The notes: generated by a model from the letters alone, not told the origin. A stretch of 64,000 bases of DNA from an uncultured Gemmatimonadales bacterium (GCA_963798845.1 CAWCUS010000006.1:128001-192000); one strand, 5' to 3'; shown: positions 1-10,474, numbered from the stretch's first letter. A program made the numbers and translations.

Positions 1-1371
1 CCGGAACAGCAGAGCGCGATCCTGAACCTACAGCTGAGCCCATCCATGATCGGGTTCACGGCGGCTGTCGCCCTCGGCACCGGTATCCTGTTCGGACTCT
101 ACCCCGCGTGGCACGCCGCGCGGGCCACGCTGGTCACGGCGATCAGGAGTGGCAGTGGCCAGACGTCGGGGTCCCGGTCGGCCGCCCGGTTCCGGACGGG
201 GCTGGTCACCGTCCAGATCGCGCTCTCCGTCACCCTGCTGGTGGCCGCAGGGCTGTTCATCCGAAGCCTGGGCAACATCAGCCGCGTGGAACTGGGCGTC
301 CGGACGGACAACGTGGCGAAGTTCGCTATCGCACCCATGCTCAACGGCTACGACGGCGAGCGGTCGCACATCCTATTCGAGCGGTTGCGCGAGGAGCTCC
401 TGGCGCTGCCCGGCGTGGAGGGCGTGACGTCCAGCATAATCCCGGTCCTGGAGGGGAGCGCCAATATCGCGGGCGTGGCCGTGCAGGGGTTCGAGGGCGG
501 GCCGGACGTGGACCAGACCTCGTACTACAACGAGGTCGGGCCGGACTACCTGAGCACCCTCGGGATCCCCCTCATCGCAGGGCGTGAGTTCGACCGGCGC
601 GACGGCCCCGGCGCCGGGTACACGGCGGCCATCGTGAACGAGGCGTTCGCCGAGAAGTTCGGGCTGGCGCGCGGCGAGGTGGTGGGCTCGTTCATGGCGC
701 TGAACAGCCGCACCAGCGCCGACTCGTTGACCATCCAGATCGTGGGCCTCGCCCAGAATGCCAAGTACAACAGCGTGAAGGACGAGATGCCGCCGGTGTT
801 CCTGCTCGCGCACGCACAGGACCCCGACGTGGGCTTCATGAACTTCTACATCCGGACGGCCGGCGACCCGGGGCCCATGCTCCAGGCCGTGCCCGGCGTG
901 CTCCGTCGCCTCGACCCCAACATGCCGGTCACCGGGCTGATGACGCTGGAGCAGCAGGCCGCGGAGAGCGTGTTCATGGACCGCTTCATCAGCATCCTGA
1001 CCACGGCGTTCGCGGTCCTGGCCACACTCCTCGCCGCCATCGGGCTCTACGGCGTGCTGGCCTATACGGTGGCGCTTCGGACCCGTGAGTTCGGGCTCCG
1101 GATGGCGCTGGGCGCCGACACGGCGAAGGTGCGGCGAATGGTCCTCCGCCAGGTGGCCGGGATGCTCGGGGTCGGCGGCGTGATCGGTATCGCAGCCGCC
1201 CTGGGCCTCGGCCGGGCCGCAGGGTCGCTCCTCTACGAGCTCGAGGGACACGACCCCATGGTATTCGTGGCCGCGGTGATGCTGCTGGCGGGCGTGGCGT
1301 TCGGCGCCGGGTACGTTCCGGCCTTCCGGGCTTCCCGGGTGGACCCCATGGAGGCGCTCCGCCACGAGTAG
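1..1371 (+). CDS. ABC transporter permease, MacB/FtsX (ADOP-type duplicated permease), 5' truncated by window edge
   Basis: Frame is open from base 1. Motifs LVTVQIALSVTLLVAAGLFIRSL, LAAIGLYGVLAYTVALRTREFGLRMALGA and C-terminal PAFRASRVDPMEALRHE are typical of this family. Confidence 0.9.
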   Translation, partial: PEQQSAILNLQLSPSMIGFTAAVALGTGILFGLYPAWHAARATLVTAIRSGSGQTSGSRSAARFRTGLVTVQIALSVTLLVAAGLFIRSLGNISRVELGVRTDNVAKFAIAPMLNGYDGERSHILFERLREELLALPGVEGVTSSIIPVLEGSANIAGVAVQGFEGGPDVDQTSYYNEVGPDYLSTLGIPLIAGREFDRRDGPGAGYTAAIVNEAFAEKFGLARGEVVGSFMALNSRTSADSLTIQIVGLAQNAKYNSVKDEMPPVFLLAHAQDPDVGFMNFYIRTAGDPGPMLQAVPGVLRRLDPNMPVTGLMTLEQQAAESVFMDRFISILTTAFAVLATLLAAIGLYGVLAYTVALRTREFGLRMALGADTAKVRRMVLRQVAGMLGVGGVIGIAAALGLGRAAGSLLYELEGHDPMVFVAAVMLLAGVAFGAGYVPAFRASRVDPMEALRHE

Positions 1372-1649
1372 CGCTGCGGTTCGGTGGCGGCAGGTGCTCG
1401 CGCGCCCCACCCCCGCCGCGCTCGACCTCCTGATCCTCACGGCGGTGTCGCTCGGCAGCCTGGCCACCTGAGTGCGCGTGCTGGTGCTGGTGCGTTCCCG
1501 TGCCCGACTGCGGTGTCGACCGGACCCGGAGACGGAACGAACATGGTGATCGCAGCCATGAACAGGAGGGCGCCGGAGCACGGGCGGCGGACACCGTGCG
1601 GCGTCCGCTCCCACCCTCGCCGGCCCTGGCGATCCCGGTCCGATTCCCC

Positions 1650-2957
1650 CTACGCGCGATCCAACCCGCCCTGACCCAGCGCCCACGCCGCGTGCTCCCG
1701 CACCAGCGGCTCGTCGTTCTCCAGCGCGTCACTCAGCACCGCCAGCGCATCCCGCAGCACCGCCACCTCCGGCGCCTCCTCCACCGACGCCAGCCAGTTG
1801 CCTTCGGCGACTTCCGTTGCGCTCCAGTTCCCCAGCGCCACCGCCACGTTGCGCTTAAAGCCGGCGTACCCCGCCCGCCGGATCGCCGACCCCCGCGTCC
1901 ACACGTCCCACTCCTCCCGCGTCATCCGCATCAGCTCGACCAGCGACGGCGACTCCGTCCCCGGCAGGTGGTTGGAAGGCTGGGGCGCCGACCAGGCTTC
2001 CGCTGCTCGCGACGAATCAGCGGCGTCCTCGAACCTCGAACTCGAATGCCCGCTGCGCGGGCTCGCCGAGGCGCGAAGCGCCGACGGCGATCGAACGTCG
2101 ACCTCGACCGGCGGCCTGGGCACGTAGTCCGCCTCCGCGTTGATCGGCACCAACCGCGGACTGTTCCACGGACACACCTCCTGGCAGATGTCGCACCCGT
2201 AGACCCGATTCCCGATGCCCGGCCGCAGCGCCTCGGGGATCGGCCCGCGATTCTCGATGGTCAGGTACGAGATGCACCGCGTGGCGTCCAGCACGGGCGC
2301 GCCATCCTCGTTACGGCCGAGCAGCGCGCCGGTGGGGCAGGCGTCCAGGCACGCCGTGCAGCTGCCGCAGCGGTCGGCTTCGAACGGCTCGTCGTAGGTC
2401 AACTCGAAGGGCAGGAGAAGCGACCCGATGAAGAACCACGATCCGCGCTTCGGATCGATGAGCATCGTGTTCTTCCCCTGCCAGCCCAGCCCGGCGCGCC
2501 GCGCCAGATCCCGCTCCAGCACCGGCCCGGTGTCCACGTACGCGCGGGCCACCGGGAGCGGCCGCCCCGTCTCCTCCTCCAGCCACCGCACCAGGCCCAG
2601 CAGCTTCTTCTTCATGACCCGGTGATAGTCGCGCCCGCGGGCGTAGCGCGCGATGATGCCGCGATGGGGCGGGGTGCCCTCGTTGCCGTGGGCGTCGGGG
2701 TCGTCCGGGAAGTAGTGGTGCGCCACCACGAGCGCCGAGCGCAGCTCCGGCCAGCGGGTGCGGGGATCCACGCGGGCGGCCACGGCGTCGTCGCGGGCGA
2801 GGTAGTCCATCGTCCCGTGGTACCCGCGCTCCAGCCACCAGCGGTAGAAGGCCCGGTGATCACTGGCGACGATGGGCGTCGCGCCCACGGCCTCGAACCC
2901 TGCCTCCTTCGCCGCCTCCTTCAGCGCACGGGTCAGCGTGAATGCACTTTCGCTCAT
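1650..2957 (-). CDS. queG: Epoxyqueuosine reductase QueG
   Basis: IARYARGRDYH, YVDTGPVLERDLA, GLGWQGKN; ferredoxin-like CGSCTACLDACPTGA, RCISYLTIE, GCDICQEVCPWN; C-terminal HEAT-like VREHAAWAL. Confidence 0.95.
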   Translation of the reverse strand: MSESAFTLTRALKEAAKEAGFEAVGATPIVASDHRAFYRWWLERGYHGTMDYLARDDAVAARVDPRTRWPELRSALVVAHHYFPDDPDAHGNEGTPPHRGIIARYARGRDYHRVMKKKLLGLVRWLEEETGRPLPVARAYVDTGPVLERDLARRAGLGWQGKNTMLIDPKRGSWFFIGSLLLPFELTYDEPFEADRCGSCTACLDACPTGALLGRNEDGAPVLDATRCISYLTIENRGPIPEALRPGIGNRVYGCDICQEVCPWNSPRLVPINAEADYVPRPPVEVDVRSPSALRASASPRSGHSSSRFEDAADSSRAAEAWSAPQPSNHLPGTESPSLVELMRMTREEWDVWTRGSAIRRAGYAGFKRNVAVALGNWSATEVAEGNWLASVEEAPEVAVLRDALAVLSDALENDEPLVREHAAWALGQGGLDRA

Positions 2958-3030
2958 GGCCACGTCGTACCCGGTCTCCGCCCACCGCGTTCCGGGGCGA
3001 TCGGATCGCCCGCGCGCCCTGCGCAGGTCG

Positions 3031-3489
3031 CTACGGCAGCACCATGAGGAGGAACACGAACGAGAACAGCCCGACGGTCTCGACGATCCCCATGGCGATG
3101 ATCATGAAGGCCAGCCCCTGGCCGCCGCCCTCGGAGAGCGCGCGGCAGGCGGCGGCGCCGATCTTCCCCTGGAACCAGGCGCTGAACAGCTCGGCCAGCC
3201 CGCCGGCGAGGCCGATGCCGAGGAGGGCGCCGGCGTTTGCGGCCACCATGTCGGGGACGAACACGCGGTCGCGCAACCCGATGAGCATGAGGATGGCGCC
3301 GTAGATGGTCTGGGAGAGCGGCAGGCCGACCAGGATGACGTACGTGAAGCTGAGCGGCCGGCCGGCGCGGGCCTCCTTGGCCCACGCGCCGGCGGCGGCC
3401 TGGCCGGCCGTCCCGATCCCGAGCGCGCTGCCGATGGCGCTGAGGGCGAGCACGAGCCCCAGAGAGAGCTGACCCCAGAAAGCAGTCAT
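3031..3489 (-). CDS. ntpK: V/A-type ATP synthase subunit K (proteolipid, 4 TM)
   Basis: MTAFWGQLSL... with GSALGIGTAG, PLSQTIYG, FQGK, IVETVGLF; ATG overlaps the stop of subunit I (ATGA). Confidence 0.9.
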   Translation of the reverse strand: MTAFWGQLSLGLVLALSAIGSALGIGTAGQAAAGAWAKEARAGRPLSFTYVILVGLPLSQTIYGAILMLIGLRDRVFVPDMVAANAGALLGIGLAGGLAELFSAWFQGKIGAAACRALSEGGGQGLAFMIIAMGIVETVGLFSFVFLLMVLP

Positions 3490-5321
3490 GGACGTTCCTT
3501 GACGAGTCGTTCGGAGAAGGGCCGGTAGGGATACCCGGTCCAGTGGATGCCGGCGTTGCTGGAGAACTCCAGCACGTTGAGGCGCACGCCGTGGGCGAAG
3601 ATGGCGATGAGGATCAGGGCGATGTTGAGCCCGTGCCCCACCACGAGGACGAGCCCGCCGGCGAACCAGGAGGCAGAGCCCGCCAGCATGACGGCCAGCA
3701 CGTTGAACGTGGAGCCGAGATAGTAGCTGGCCAGCCCTACGGCCATTAGGCGGATGTAGCTCAGCGTGTCGCTGAACGTCCCCAGGAACGGCAGCAGACT
3801 CCCGGCGACGCCCAGTCCGATGCGCGCGGCGAACGGCTGGTCCGGCCGACTGAATCCGGCCACCAGCACCATCCCCGTCACCAGCCCGACGATGGCGGCG
3901 CGCATCACCAGCGGCGGCACGCCTTCCTGGCCGAAGAAGAGCAGCCAGATGACGGCCAGCATGGAGACCAGCACGATGGACCAGCCGGCTTCCGCCAGCG
4001 CGGTCGGATCGGGGGCCACTTCCAGGAGCCTGCGGAGGTGGGCGGACACGAGGTGGGTGGCGCCGATGAAGAAGCAGATCTTGATCAGCAGCATCCGGGT
4101 CTCGGCCTCGGTGCCCCGGATGGCCTGGAGGGCGTGGAGCCCGCGGCCCAGCACGGCCACGGTGCCGCCGGCGTCCATCATGGCGGTGGGCGTGAAGCCG
4201 AACCACACGCCGGTCAGCGCGCCCCAGACCAGCCCGGCGACGCCGAACAGCCCCACCATGATCCGCATGTCCCGCCCGAGGGCTTCGCGCAGCCTGCGGC
4301 CGCCGAAGAGAGCGGTCAGGATGAAGAGCACGCCATAGCCCGCGTCGCCGATGATCATGCCGGCGAACAGCGGCAGCGCCACCATGAACAGCGCGCTGGC
4401 GTCCATCTCATCGTAGCCGGGGACCATGCTGAGGATGCGGAACATGCCGTCCACCGGACGGGCCCAGCGGCGGTAGCGCACCAGGGTGGGCGGGCGCTCG
4501 TCGGCGCGGGGCGCTTCCACCCGGAGCGCCACCGGCGGGTGGCCGCTCGCCAGCGCTTCGCTCAGCGCATCCACGCGCTCCTCCGGGAGCCACCCCTGCA
4601 CCGCGAACAGCCGGTCCTCGTCCAGTCCGCTCCGCGTCACCTGCTCCCAGCGCTGCTCCTTTTCCAGCCGCTCCCGCTCCCGCTCCAGGTCGGGAATCAA
4701 CCATGCCAGCGCGGCCAGCCGCTCCCGCTGCGCGTCCAGCGCCCAGTGCAGCGCCGCGGCCTCCGCTTCGATGCTGTCGCGGTCGCGCTCCGGCGGCGGG
4801 ACCTCCTCCGCACGCTCCGGGATGGTGTCCGCGTCCACATCGACCACGCCCACCGCCTGCCGTCCGCGGGACAGCTTCCGCAGCGGCTGGACGAAGCGGC
4901 CGCGCAGCGCTCCCACCGAGCGCTCGGGCACGATCAGGACGCGCAGGCTCAGCCCCGCATCCCGCAGCGCCTCGAGCTGCGCCAGGCGCACGCTCCCCCA
5001 GCGGTGCAGGCCGTCGGCCTCGCGGAAGAGGGTGTCCAGCCGCTGGCGCGCCTGCTCCCCCTGGCGCCCGATCCCCGCCACCTCCTCCGCAGCGTCACGG
5101 GCGCGGAGCGGCGGCCGCGGACCGCGCGGTTCGAAGGCCCGGAGCACCTGGAGCGCCGCCTCCACCTGACGGAGCGCCTCCAGCCGCTCCTCGCCCACCG
5201 GCCCTTCGTGCGGCCGGACCGGCACGATGTGCAGGACGCCCAGGTGGCGGAGCCGGCGCAGCATGGCATCCCGGTCCTCGTGGCGGCACACCGCGAAGGC
5301 CTTCACCATCGGAACGATCAC
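3486..5321 (-). CDS. ntpI: V/A-type ATP synthase subunit I
   Basis: GTG-IVPMVK start overlaps the D stop; QGWLPE, PGYDEMD, FAGMIIGDAGYG, SDTLSYIRLMAVGLA (essential Arg), HGVRLNVLEF. Confidence 0.92.
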   Translation of the reverse strand: MIVPMVKAFAVCRHEDRDAMLRRLRHLGVLHIVPVRPHEGPVGEERLEALRQVEAALQVLRAFEPRGPRPPLRARDAAEEVAGIGRQGEQARQRLDTLFREADGLHRWGSVRLAQLEALRDAGLSLRVLIVPERSVGALRGRFVQPLRKLSRGRQAVGVVDVDADTIPERAEEVPPPERDRDSIEAEAAALHWALDAQRERLAALAWLIPDLERERERLEKEQRWEQVTRSGLDEDRLFAVQGWLPEERVDALSEALASGHPPVALRVEAPRADERPPTLVRYRRWARPVDGMFRILSMVPGYDEMDASALFMVALPLFAGMIIGDAGYGVLFILTALFGGRRLREALGRDMRIMVGLFGVAGLVWGALTGVWFGFTPTAMMDAGGTVAVLGRGLHALQAIRGTEAETRMLLIKICFFIGATHLVSAHLRRLLEVAPDPTALAEAGWSIVLVSMLAVIWLLFFGQEGVPPLVMRAAIVGLVTGMVLVAGFSRPDQPFAARIGLGVAGSLLPFLGTFSDTLSYIRLMAVGLASYYLGSTFNVLAVMLAGSASWFAGGLVLVVGHGLNIALILIAIFAHGVRLNVLEFSSNAGIHWTGYPYRPFSERLVKERP

Positions 5322-5944
5322 GTGACGCCTCCTTCCAGCCGCTCGTACGCCGCCGAGAGCGCCGCCTTCGCGATCTTCGAGCGCCCGACGGCGCCGGCCA
5401 TCTCGTCGCCCAGGTGGATGCGGATGCGCTGGATGATCTCCTGCTTCTCGGGGATCTTCACCTTCTCGAACAGGTTCACCCGCTGCACCACCCGCGTCAG
5501 CTCCCGCCGCAGCAGCTCCCGGCGACGCTCCAGGATCTCCACCTCCGCTCGCCGGCGGTTCAGCGCCCGCAGGTCGTCCAGCGCGTGCTCCACCCATGGC
5601 GGCGTGACGAACAGGCTGTACTCCACGGCATTGAACACCACCTCGTCCAGCTCCGGCACCTGGACGCCCGCGACGTTCACGGTGCGCGCGCGCACCTCCG
5701 CCGGGTCGGCCATGGACCGGACGTCGAGCCCCGCCACGTCGCCGAGCACCGGGGCGTATCGGTCCAGCGACGCCCTCACCTCCGCCAGCCTCGCCCCCGC
5801 TTCCCTGAGCAGCGATTCCGTCTTCTGGAGCGTGGCCTGGAGCTGCTGCTGCCGCAGCTTCAGTGCGGGCAGAAAGCGCTCGTAGCGCACCAGAAGCTCC
5901 CGGCTGCGCTTCAGCTCGAGGCGGGTGAGGGAGACGCGAGCCAT
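5318..5944 (-). CDS. ntpD: V/A-type ATP synthase subunit D
   Basis: RFLPALKLRQQQL, NVAGVQVP, QRVNLFEKVKIPE. Confidence 0.92.
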   Translation of the reverse strand: MARVSLTRLELKRSRELLVRYERFLPALKLRQQQLQATLQKTESLLREAGARLAEVRASLDRYAPVLGDVAGLDVRSMADPAEVRARTVNVAGVQVPELDEVVFNAVEYSLFVTPPWVEHALDDLRALNRRRAEVEILERRRELLRRELTRVVQRVNLFEKVKIPEKQEIIQRIRIHLGDEMAGAVGRSKIAKAALSAAYERLEGGVT

Positions 5945-5951
5945 GGCCGCC

Positions 5952-7268
5952 TCAGGCCGCGTCCGCCTCGGCCAGCGGCCGCGGCCAGTGGGCTTCCAGG
6001 ATGCTGCGCCGTATGCCGGTCTCCACCGGCTCGATGCACTCGGCCAGGATCTCCCAGCACCGGTCCAGTGCCGCTTCCAGCGGGATGTCCACGGCCAGGT
6101 CCATCACCCGTGCCTCGAACAGCTCACCGTAGCGCAGCAGCTTCTCGTCCCACGGCGCCAGCTCGAAGCCCATCTCCCGCTTCTCGCGGCTCTCGCGCGT
6201 CCCGGCGTACAGCTGGATGCATGCGTCCATGATGGCCCGATGGTCGTCGCGCGTTTGCCCGTTCACCAGCTGTTTCAGGCGCGACAGCGAACCGAACGGG
6301 TCGATTCGCCCGTTCCGCAGGTAGAACTGGCCCTCGGTGATGTAGCCCGTGTTGTCGGGCACCGGGTGAGTCACATCGTCGCCCGGCATGGTGGTGCAGG
6401 CCAGCACGGTGAGCGACCCCGCGCCCTCGAAGTCCACCGCCTTCTCGTAGCGGCGGGCCAGCTGCGTGTACAGGTCGCCCGGGTAGCCGCGGTTCGACGG
6501 GATCTGCTCCATCGTGATGGCGATCTCCTTCAACGCATCGGAGAACGCCGTCATGTCGGTGAGCAGCACCAGCACCCGCTTGCCTTTCAGCGCGTACTGC
6601 TCGCCCACTGCCAGGCACAGGTCCGGAACCAGCATGCACTCCACGATGGCGTCGGACGCGGTGTGCACGAACATGATCGTCCGCGCCGAGACGCCGCCCT
6701 CCTCGAACGCGGTCCGGAAGGTCAGGTAGTCGTCGTGGCGCAGACCCATGCCGCCGAACACCACCACGTCCGCGTTGGCCTGGAGCCCCACCCGTGCGAG
6801 CAGCTCGTTGTACGGCTCCCCAGGCACGGAGAAGATCGGCAGCTTCTGGGACTCGACCAGCGTGTTGAAGACATCGATCATCGGGATGCCGGTCCGGATC
6901 ATCCGCCACGGCAGGCGACGCAGGACCGGGTTCACCACCGGGGACCCGAGCTCCACTTCCTCCGCCTCCGGCTCGGAGCGGCCGTCGCGCGGGCGGCCCG
7001 CGCCGTCGAAAACGCGCCCGAGGATGTCGTCCGAGAACGGGACGCGCATGGGCTTGCCGAGAAAGCGGACCCGGTCGGCGGTGGACACCCCCTGGGTGCC
7101 CGAGAACACCTGCAGGCTCACACGGTCACCGTCCAGGCGGATCACCTGGGCCAGCGAGCTGCCGCGCGCCCCCGTGATCATCGCCAGCTCGTCGTAGCCC
7201 ACGTTCGGGGCGCGCACCGTGACCACGCTCCCGGCAATGCTCGTGATACCGTCGTAGTACTTCCTCAT
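5952..7268 (-). CDS. ntpB: V/A-type ATP synthase subunit B
   Basis: [57 protein letters not shown]. Confidence 0.95.
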   Translation of the reverse strand: MRKYYDGITSIAGSVVTVRAPNVGYDELAMITGARGSSLAQVIRLDGDRVSLQVFSGTQGVSTADRVRFLGKPMRVPFSDDILGRVFDGAGRPRDGRSEPEAEEVELGSPVVNPVLRRLPWRMIRTGIPMIDVFNTLVESQKLPIFSVPGEPYNELLARVGLQANADVVVFGGMGLRHDDYLTFRTAFEEGGVSARTIMFVHTASDAIVECMLVPDLCLAVGEQYALKGKRVLVLLTDMTAFSDALKEIAITMEQIPSNRGYPGDLYTQLARRYEKAVDFEGAGSLTVLACTTMPGDDVTHPVPDNTGYITEGQFYLRNGRIDPFGSLSRLKQLVNGQTRDDHRAIMDACIQLYAGTRESREKREMGFELAPWDEKLLRYGELFEARVMDLAVDIPLEAALDRCWEILAECIEPVETGIRRSILEAHWPRPLAEADAA

Positions 7269-9013
7269 TGGACCTCGAGGCGCTGGGCGCGCGGCCGGCC
7301 CACGCGCTCGATGAAGCGATCGACCCGCGACAGCATCCGGTCGTACTCGTCGCTCCCTGCCGCGGCGTAGTTCCAGTTCCGGAAGAGGTCGCCGGCGCGA
7401 AGCATGGCCTTCCTCGCCTCCTCCTTCGTCTCGAAGTCCAGCTCCCGCCCCAGCAGGGTGAGGAGCCTGTCGAACACGAAGCGCTGCCGGTCCGCGGGCG
7501 TCGCCGCGTCCACTGCGTCGAAGGCGTTCTGCTGGAGGTAGCACGTGTCCAGCAGCTCCGCCTTCAGCATCACCGTGTAGTCCGGGACGGAAACGCCCTC
7601 CTCGCCCACCACCGTCATCATCTGGCGGATTTCGTCACCCCGCCGGAGCAGCGCTTTCGCCTTCGCCACCTTCTCCGGGGCCACGACGCCCCGGTACTTG
7701 CTCCACGACTCCAGCGGGTCGATGGCCGGATACCGGCGCGCCCTCGCCCGCGCGCTCGACAGCCCGTGGAACGCCCCCACCACCTTGAGCGTGGCCTGCG
7801 TCACCGGCTCTTCGAAGTTGCCGCCCGCCGGGCTCACCGTCCCGCCCACGGTGAGCGTGCCGGTGCGGCCGTCGTTGAGCTCCAGCGCTCCAGCCCGCTC
7901 GTAGAACGCCGCGATCCGGCTTTCCAGATACGCCGGGAAGGCCTCCTCGCCCGGAATCTCCTCCAGTCGGCCGGAGAGCTCGCGCATCGCCTGCGCCCAG
8001 CGCGATGTCGAATCGGCCAGCAGCAGCACGTGGGCACCCATCTGGCGGTAGTACTCGCCGAGCGTCACCGCGGTGTAGACTGACGCTTCCCTCGCCGCCA
8101 CCGGCATGGCCGAGGTGTTGCAGATGATGATCGTCCGCTCCATGAGCGTCCGCCCCGTGCGCGGATCCTGGAGCGCCGGGAATTCCCGGATCGTCTCCAC
8201 CACCTCGCCGGCCCGCTCGCCGCACGCGGCCACGATCACCACGTCCACTTCCGCGTGCCGCGAAGTGATCTGCTGGAGCACCGTCTTGCCCGCGCCGAAC
8301 GGGCCCGGAATGCAGTACGTCCCGCCGCGCACCACGGGGAAGAGAGTGTCGATGATGCGCACGCCCGTGACCAGCGGCTCGGATGGCATCAGGCGGCGGC
8401 GCGCGACCTCGAGCGGCACTTTCACGGGCCAGTGCTGCTGCATCGTGACCTCGTGTTCGTGGCCCCGCTCGTCACGCAGGAGCGCGACCGCCTCCGCTAC
8501 GGTGTAGTGCCCGGCCACGGCCACGGACGTCACGGTGTACCGGCCGCGGCGCGCGAACGGCACCATGATGGGGTGCTCGAGTATGCTCTCCGGGACGCTC
8601 CCCAGCACATCGCCCGCGCGCACGGTGGCGCCCGCCCTGACGGCGGGAGTGAAGCGCCAGCGCCGCTCCTGGGGCAGACCCGGCAGCGACTCGCCGGCCT
8701 GTAGGAAGAAGCCCGTTTCCCTCGCCAGCTCCGGGAGCGGGTTCTGCAGCCCGTCGTAGATCTGGCCGAGGAGTCCGGGGCCCAGCGTCACCGACAGCAG
8801 CTGGTCGCCCAGCTCCACGGGGTCGCCCACACGCAGGCCGCGCGTCTCCTCGAACACCTGGAGCTCCGCCCGCCGCCCGCGCACCCGGATGACCTCGCTC
8901 ATGAGCCTGGCGCCGTCTCTCCGGATGCAGCGCGCCACCGAGTTCTGGACCACGGCGCCATCCGTCTCCACGGCTACCATGTTGCCGTAAACCGCTGTGA
9001 TCCGCCCCATCAT
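7265..9013 (-). CDS. ntpA: V/A-type ATP synthase subunit A (catalytic)
   Basis: [17 protein letters not shown], Walker [53 protein letters not shown]. Confidence 0.96.
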   Translation of the reverse strand: MMGRITAVYGNMVAVETDGAVVQNSVARCIRRDGARLMSEVIRVRGRRAELQVFEETRGLRVGDPVELGDQLLSVTLGPGLLGQIYDGLQNPLPELARETGFFLQAGESLPGLPQERRWRFTPAVRAGATVRAGDVLGSVPESILEHPIMVPFARRGRYTVTSVAVAGHYTVAEAVALLRDERGHEHEVTMQQHWPVKVPLEVARRRLMPSEPLVTGVRIIDTLFPVVRGGTYCIPGPFGAGKTVLQQITSRHAEVDVVIVAACGERAGEVVETIREFPALQDPRTGRTLMERTIIICNTSAMPVAAREASVYTAVTLGEYYRQMGAHVLLLADSTSRWAQAMRELSGRLEEIPGEEAFPAYLESRIAAFYERAGALELNDGRTGTLTVGGTVSPAGGNFEEPVTQATLKVVGAFHGLSSARARARRYPAIDPLESWSKYRGVVAPEKVAKAKALLRRGDEIRQMMTVVGEEGVSVPDYTVMLKAELLDTCYLQQNAFDAVDAATPADRQRFVFDRLLTLLGRELDFETKEEARKAMLRAGDLFRNWNYAAAGSDEYDRMLSRVDRFIERVGRPRAQRLEVQ

Positions 9014-9729
9014 ACGCCGGCCTCCTTCGCCAGCGTGCGCGGCCGCGGCCGGTCGGGACCGGCGCTGCGCTGCCAGCGGTGCAGCAGGACGAGCTTCGCG
9101 GCGTACGCTGCGAACTCGTCGTCGTCGAACGTGAACCAGGGTTCGCGCTGGTCGACCCAGCGCCAGCTCGCCGTGATCAAGGTCCTCAGCCCGGTGAGCG
9201 GGTCGGGCGCCGCCGACCACGCCGCCTGCGCCGCTTCCGCCTCCCCCTCGAACTGCTGGAGATCCCACGCCACCGTGTACCGCGCCGGCTCCATTCCGAG
9301 CGCTCTGGCCCGGGCCACGGCCAGCGCGTTGCGGAGCGCGACCTCCCAGCCCACCCACTCGCCGAGGAACCCGCTCGCTTCCGCCTCCGCCAGCGCGGCG
9401 GCGAAGCGGAAGTACGCCGTCCAGAGCGCGTCCATGGGAAAGGCGGGAGTCTCGACCGGGTCGGCGGCAACCGCCAGCTCGGGGGGCAGCGGCGCGCCGC
9501 CCCTGGCCTGCTCGTCGGTCAGCACGGCCAGATCGGGCTGCTCGATCTCCCCCGCGCACACCGCCTCCCGCTGCAGGAGGTCGTGAGACAGGAGCACGGC
9601 CCTGGAAAGGCGGTGGGCACGCCCCGCCGGAACATCGGCGAGGAATTCGCCGAGCGACAGCGGCGGGAGCGCCGGCGGCGGGTCCAGCACCGGGAGCGCG
9701 GCCAGACGGTAATAATGGGGGCTCGCCAT
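9010..9729 (-). CDS. V-ATPase subunit C-like protein (DUF2764-type)
   Basis: Lies between E and A; HYYRLAALP, FLGEWVGWEVALRNALAVARAR, FTFDDDEFAAYAAKL. Confidence 0.75.
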   Translation of the reverse strand: MASPHYYRLAALPVLDPPPALPPLSLGEFLADVPAGRAHRLSRAVLLSHDLLQREAVCAGEIEQPDLAVLTDEQARGGAPLPPELAVAADPVETPAFPMDALWTAYFRFAAALAEAEASGFLGEWVGWEVALRNALAVARARALGMEPARYTVAWDLQQFEGEAEAAQAAWSAAPDPLTGLRTLITASWRWVDQREPWFTFDDDEFAAYAAKLVLLHRWQRSAGPDRPRPRTLAKEAGV

Positions 9730-9739
9730 GCTGCGACCG

Positions 9740-10474
9740 TCAGCCGTTCCGCTTGGTGGAGCGTGCGAGCGCCGGAACCCCCACCTCGCCATCGGCATCG
9801 AGCGGCCCGCGGTCCAGAATCTCCCGGAGCCGCGGCCTCACCATCTCCATGAGCTTCTCCACCGTGGACTCGACGCTCACTTCAACGGTTCCACCCCGCA
9901 CACGGTACTCGAAGCCCGCCTCGCGCAGCGCACCCTCGACCCGCAGCCCGCTCGCGCCGGTGAGCCCGGCGGCGACCTCCTTCAGCCACCACGCTTCGAG
10001 CTGCTCGGCCAGCTCACGTGGCACCCGCACCTCGGTCGGACGCCCTTCCGCATCCGCCCGGGCGTACGCGCCAGCCATTTCCCGCAGCAGCGACCCCAGG
10101 AATTCCGGATCGCGCAGGCGCGCGTCCGCGGCCCGCGACAGCAGAGTCTCCAGCACTTCGTTGAGCTTGGTGCGCAGCTCGATGACCGCGTCCCTGGCCG
10201 CCAGCGTCAGCTCCGCCTCCGCACGCTCCCGCTCCCGCGACGCCGTGTCCCGCGCCTCCGCCAGGAGCGCGTCCGCCTCCGCCTTCGCGCGGCGGATGAT
10301 CTCGGCCGCCTCTTCCCTTGCCTCCGCCGCAAGCCGACGCGCTTCGTGCCTCCCCGTCTCGACACCTTCGCTGTGCAGCTGCGCTACGAAGGTCTCGAGG
10401 GTCAGGCTCGCCGCATCCGGGCCAGTGGCGCCGTCGGGGGCTTTCCTGCCCGTCCGCTTCTCGGATCGCGTCAT
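9740..10474 (-). CDS. ntpE: V/A-type ATP synthase subunit E
   Basis: QLHSEGVETG, helical AEAREEAAEIIRRAKAEA, ELTLAARDA, C-terminal VRPRLREIL; first gene of the operon. Confidence 0.85.
   Translation of the reverse strand: MTRSEKRTGRKAPDGATGPDAASLTLETFVAQLHSEGVETGRHEARRLAAEAREEAAEIIRRAKAEADALLAEARDTASRERERAEAELTLAARDAVIELRTKLNEVLETLLSRAADARLRDPEFLGSLLREMAGAYARADAEGRPTEVRVPRELAEQLEAWWLKEVAAGLTGASGLRVEGALREAGFEYRVRGGTVEVSVESTVEKLMEMVRPRLREILDRGPLDADGEVGVPALARSTKRNG

Noticed and set aside
1372..1649. Small ORFs between the ABC permease and queG (1384-1674 +, His-rich HQHQHAH frame on -)
   Set aside because: No convincing start or RBS and no recognisable family; the composition is typical of GC-rich shadow ORFs.
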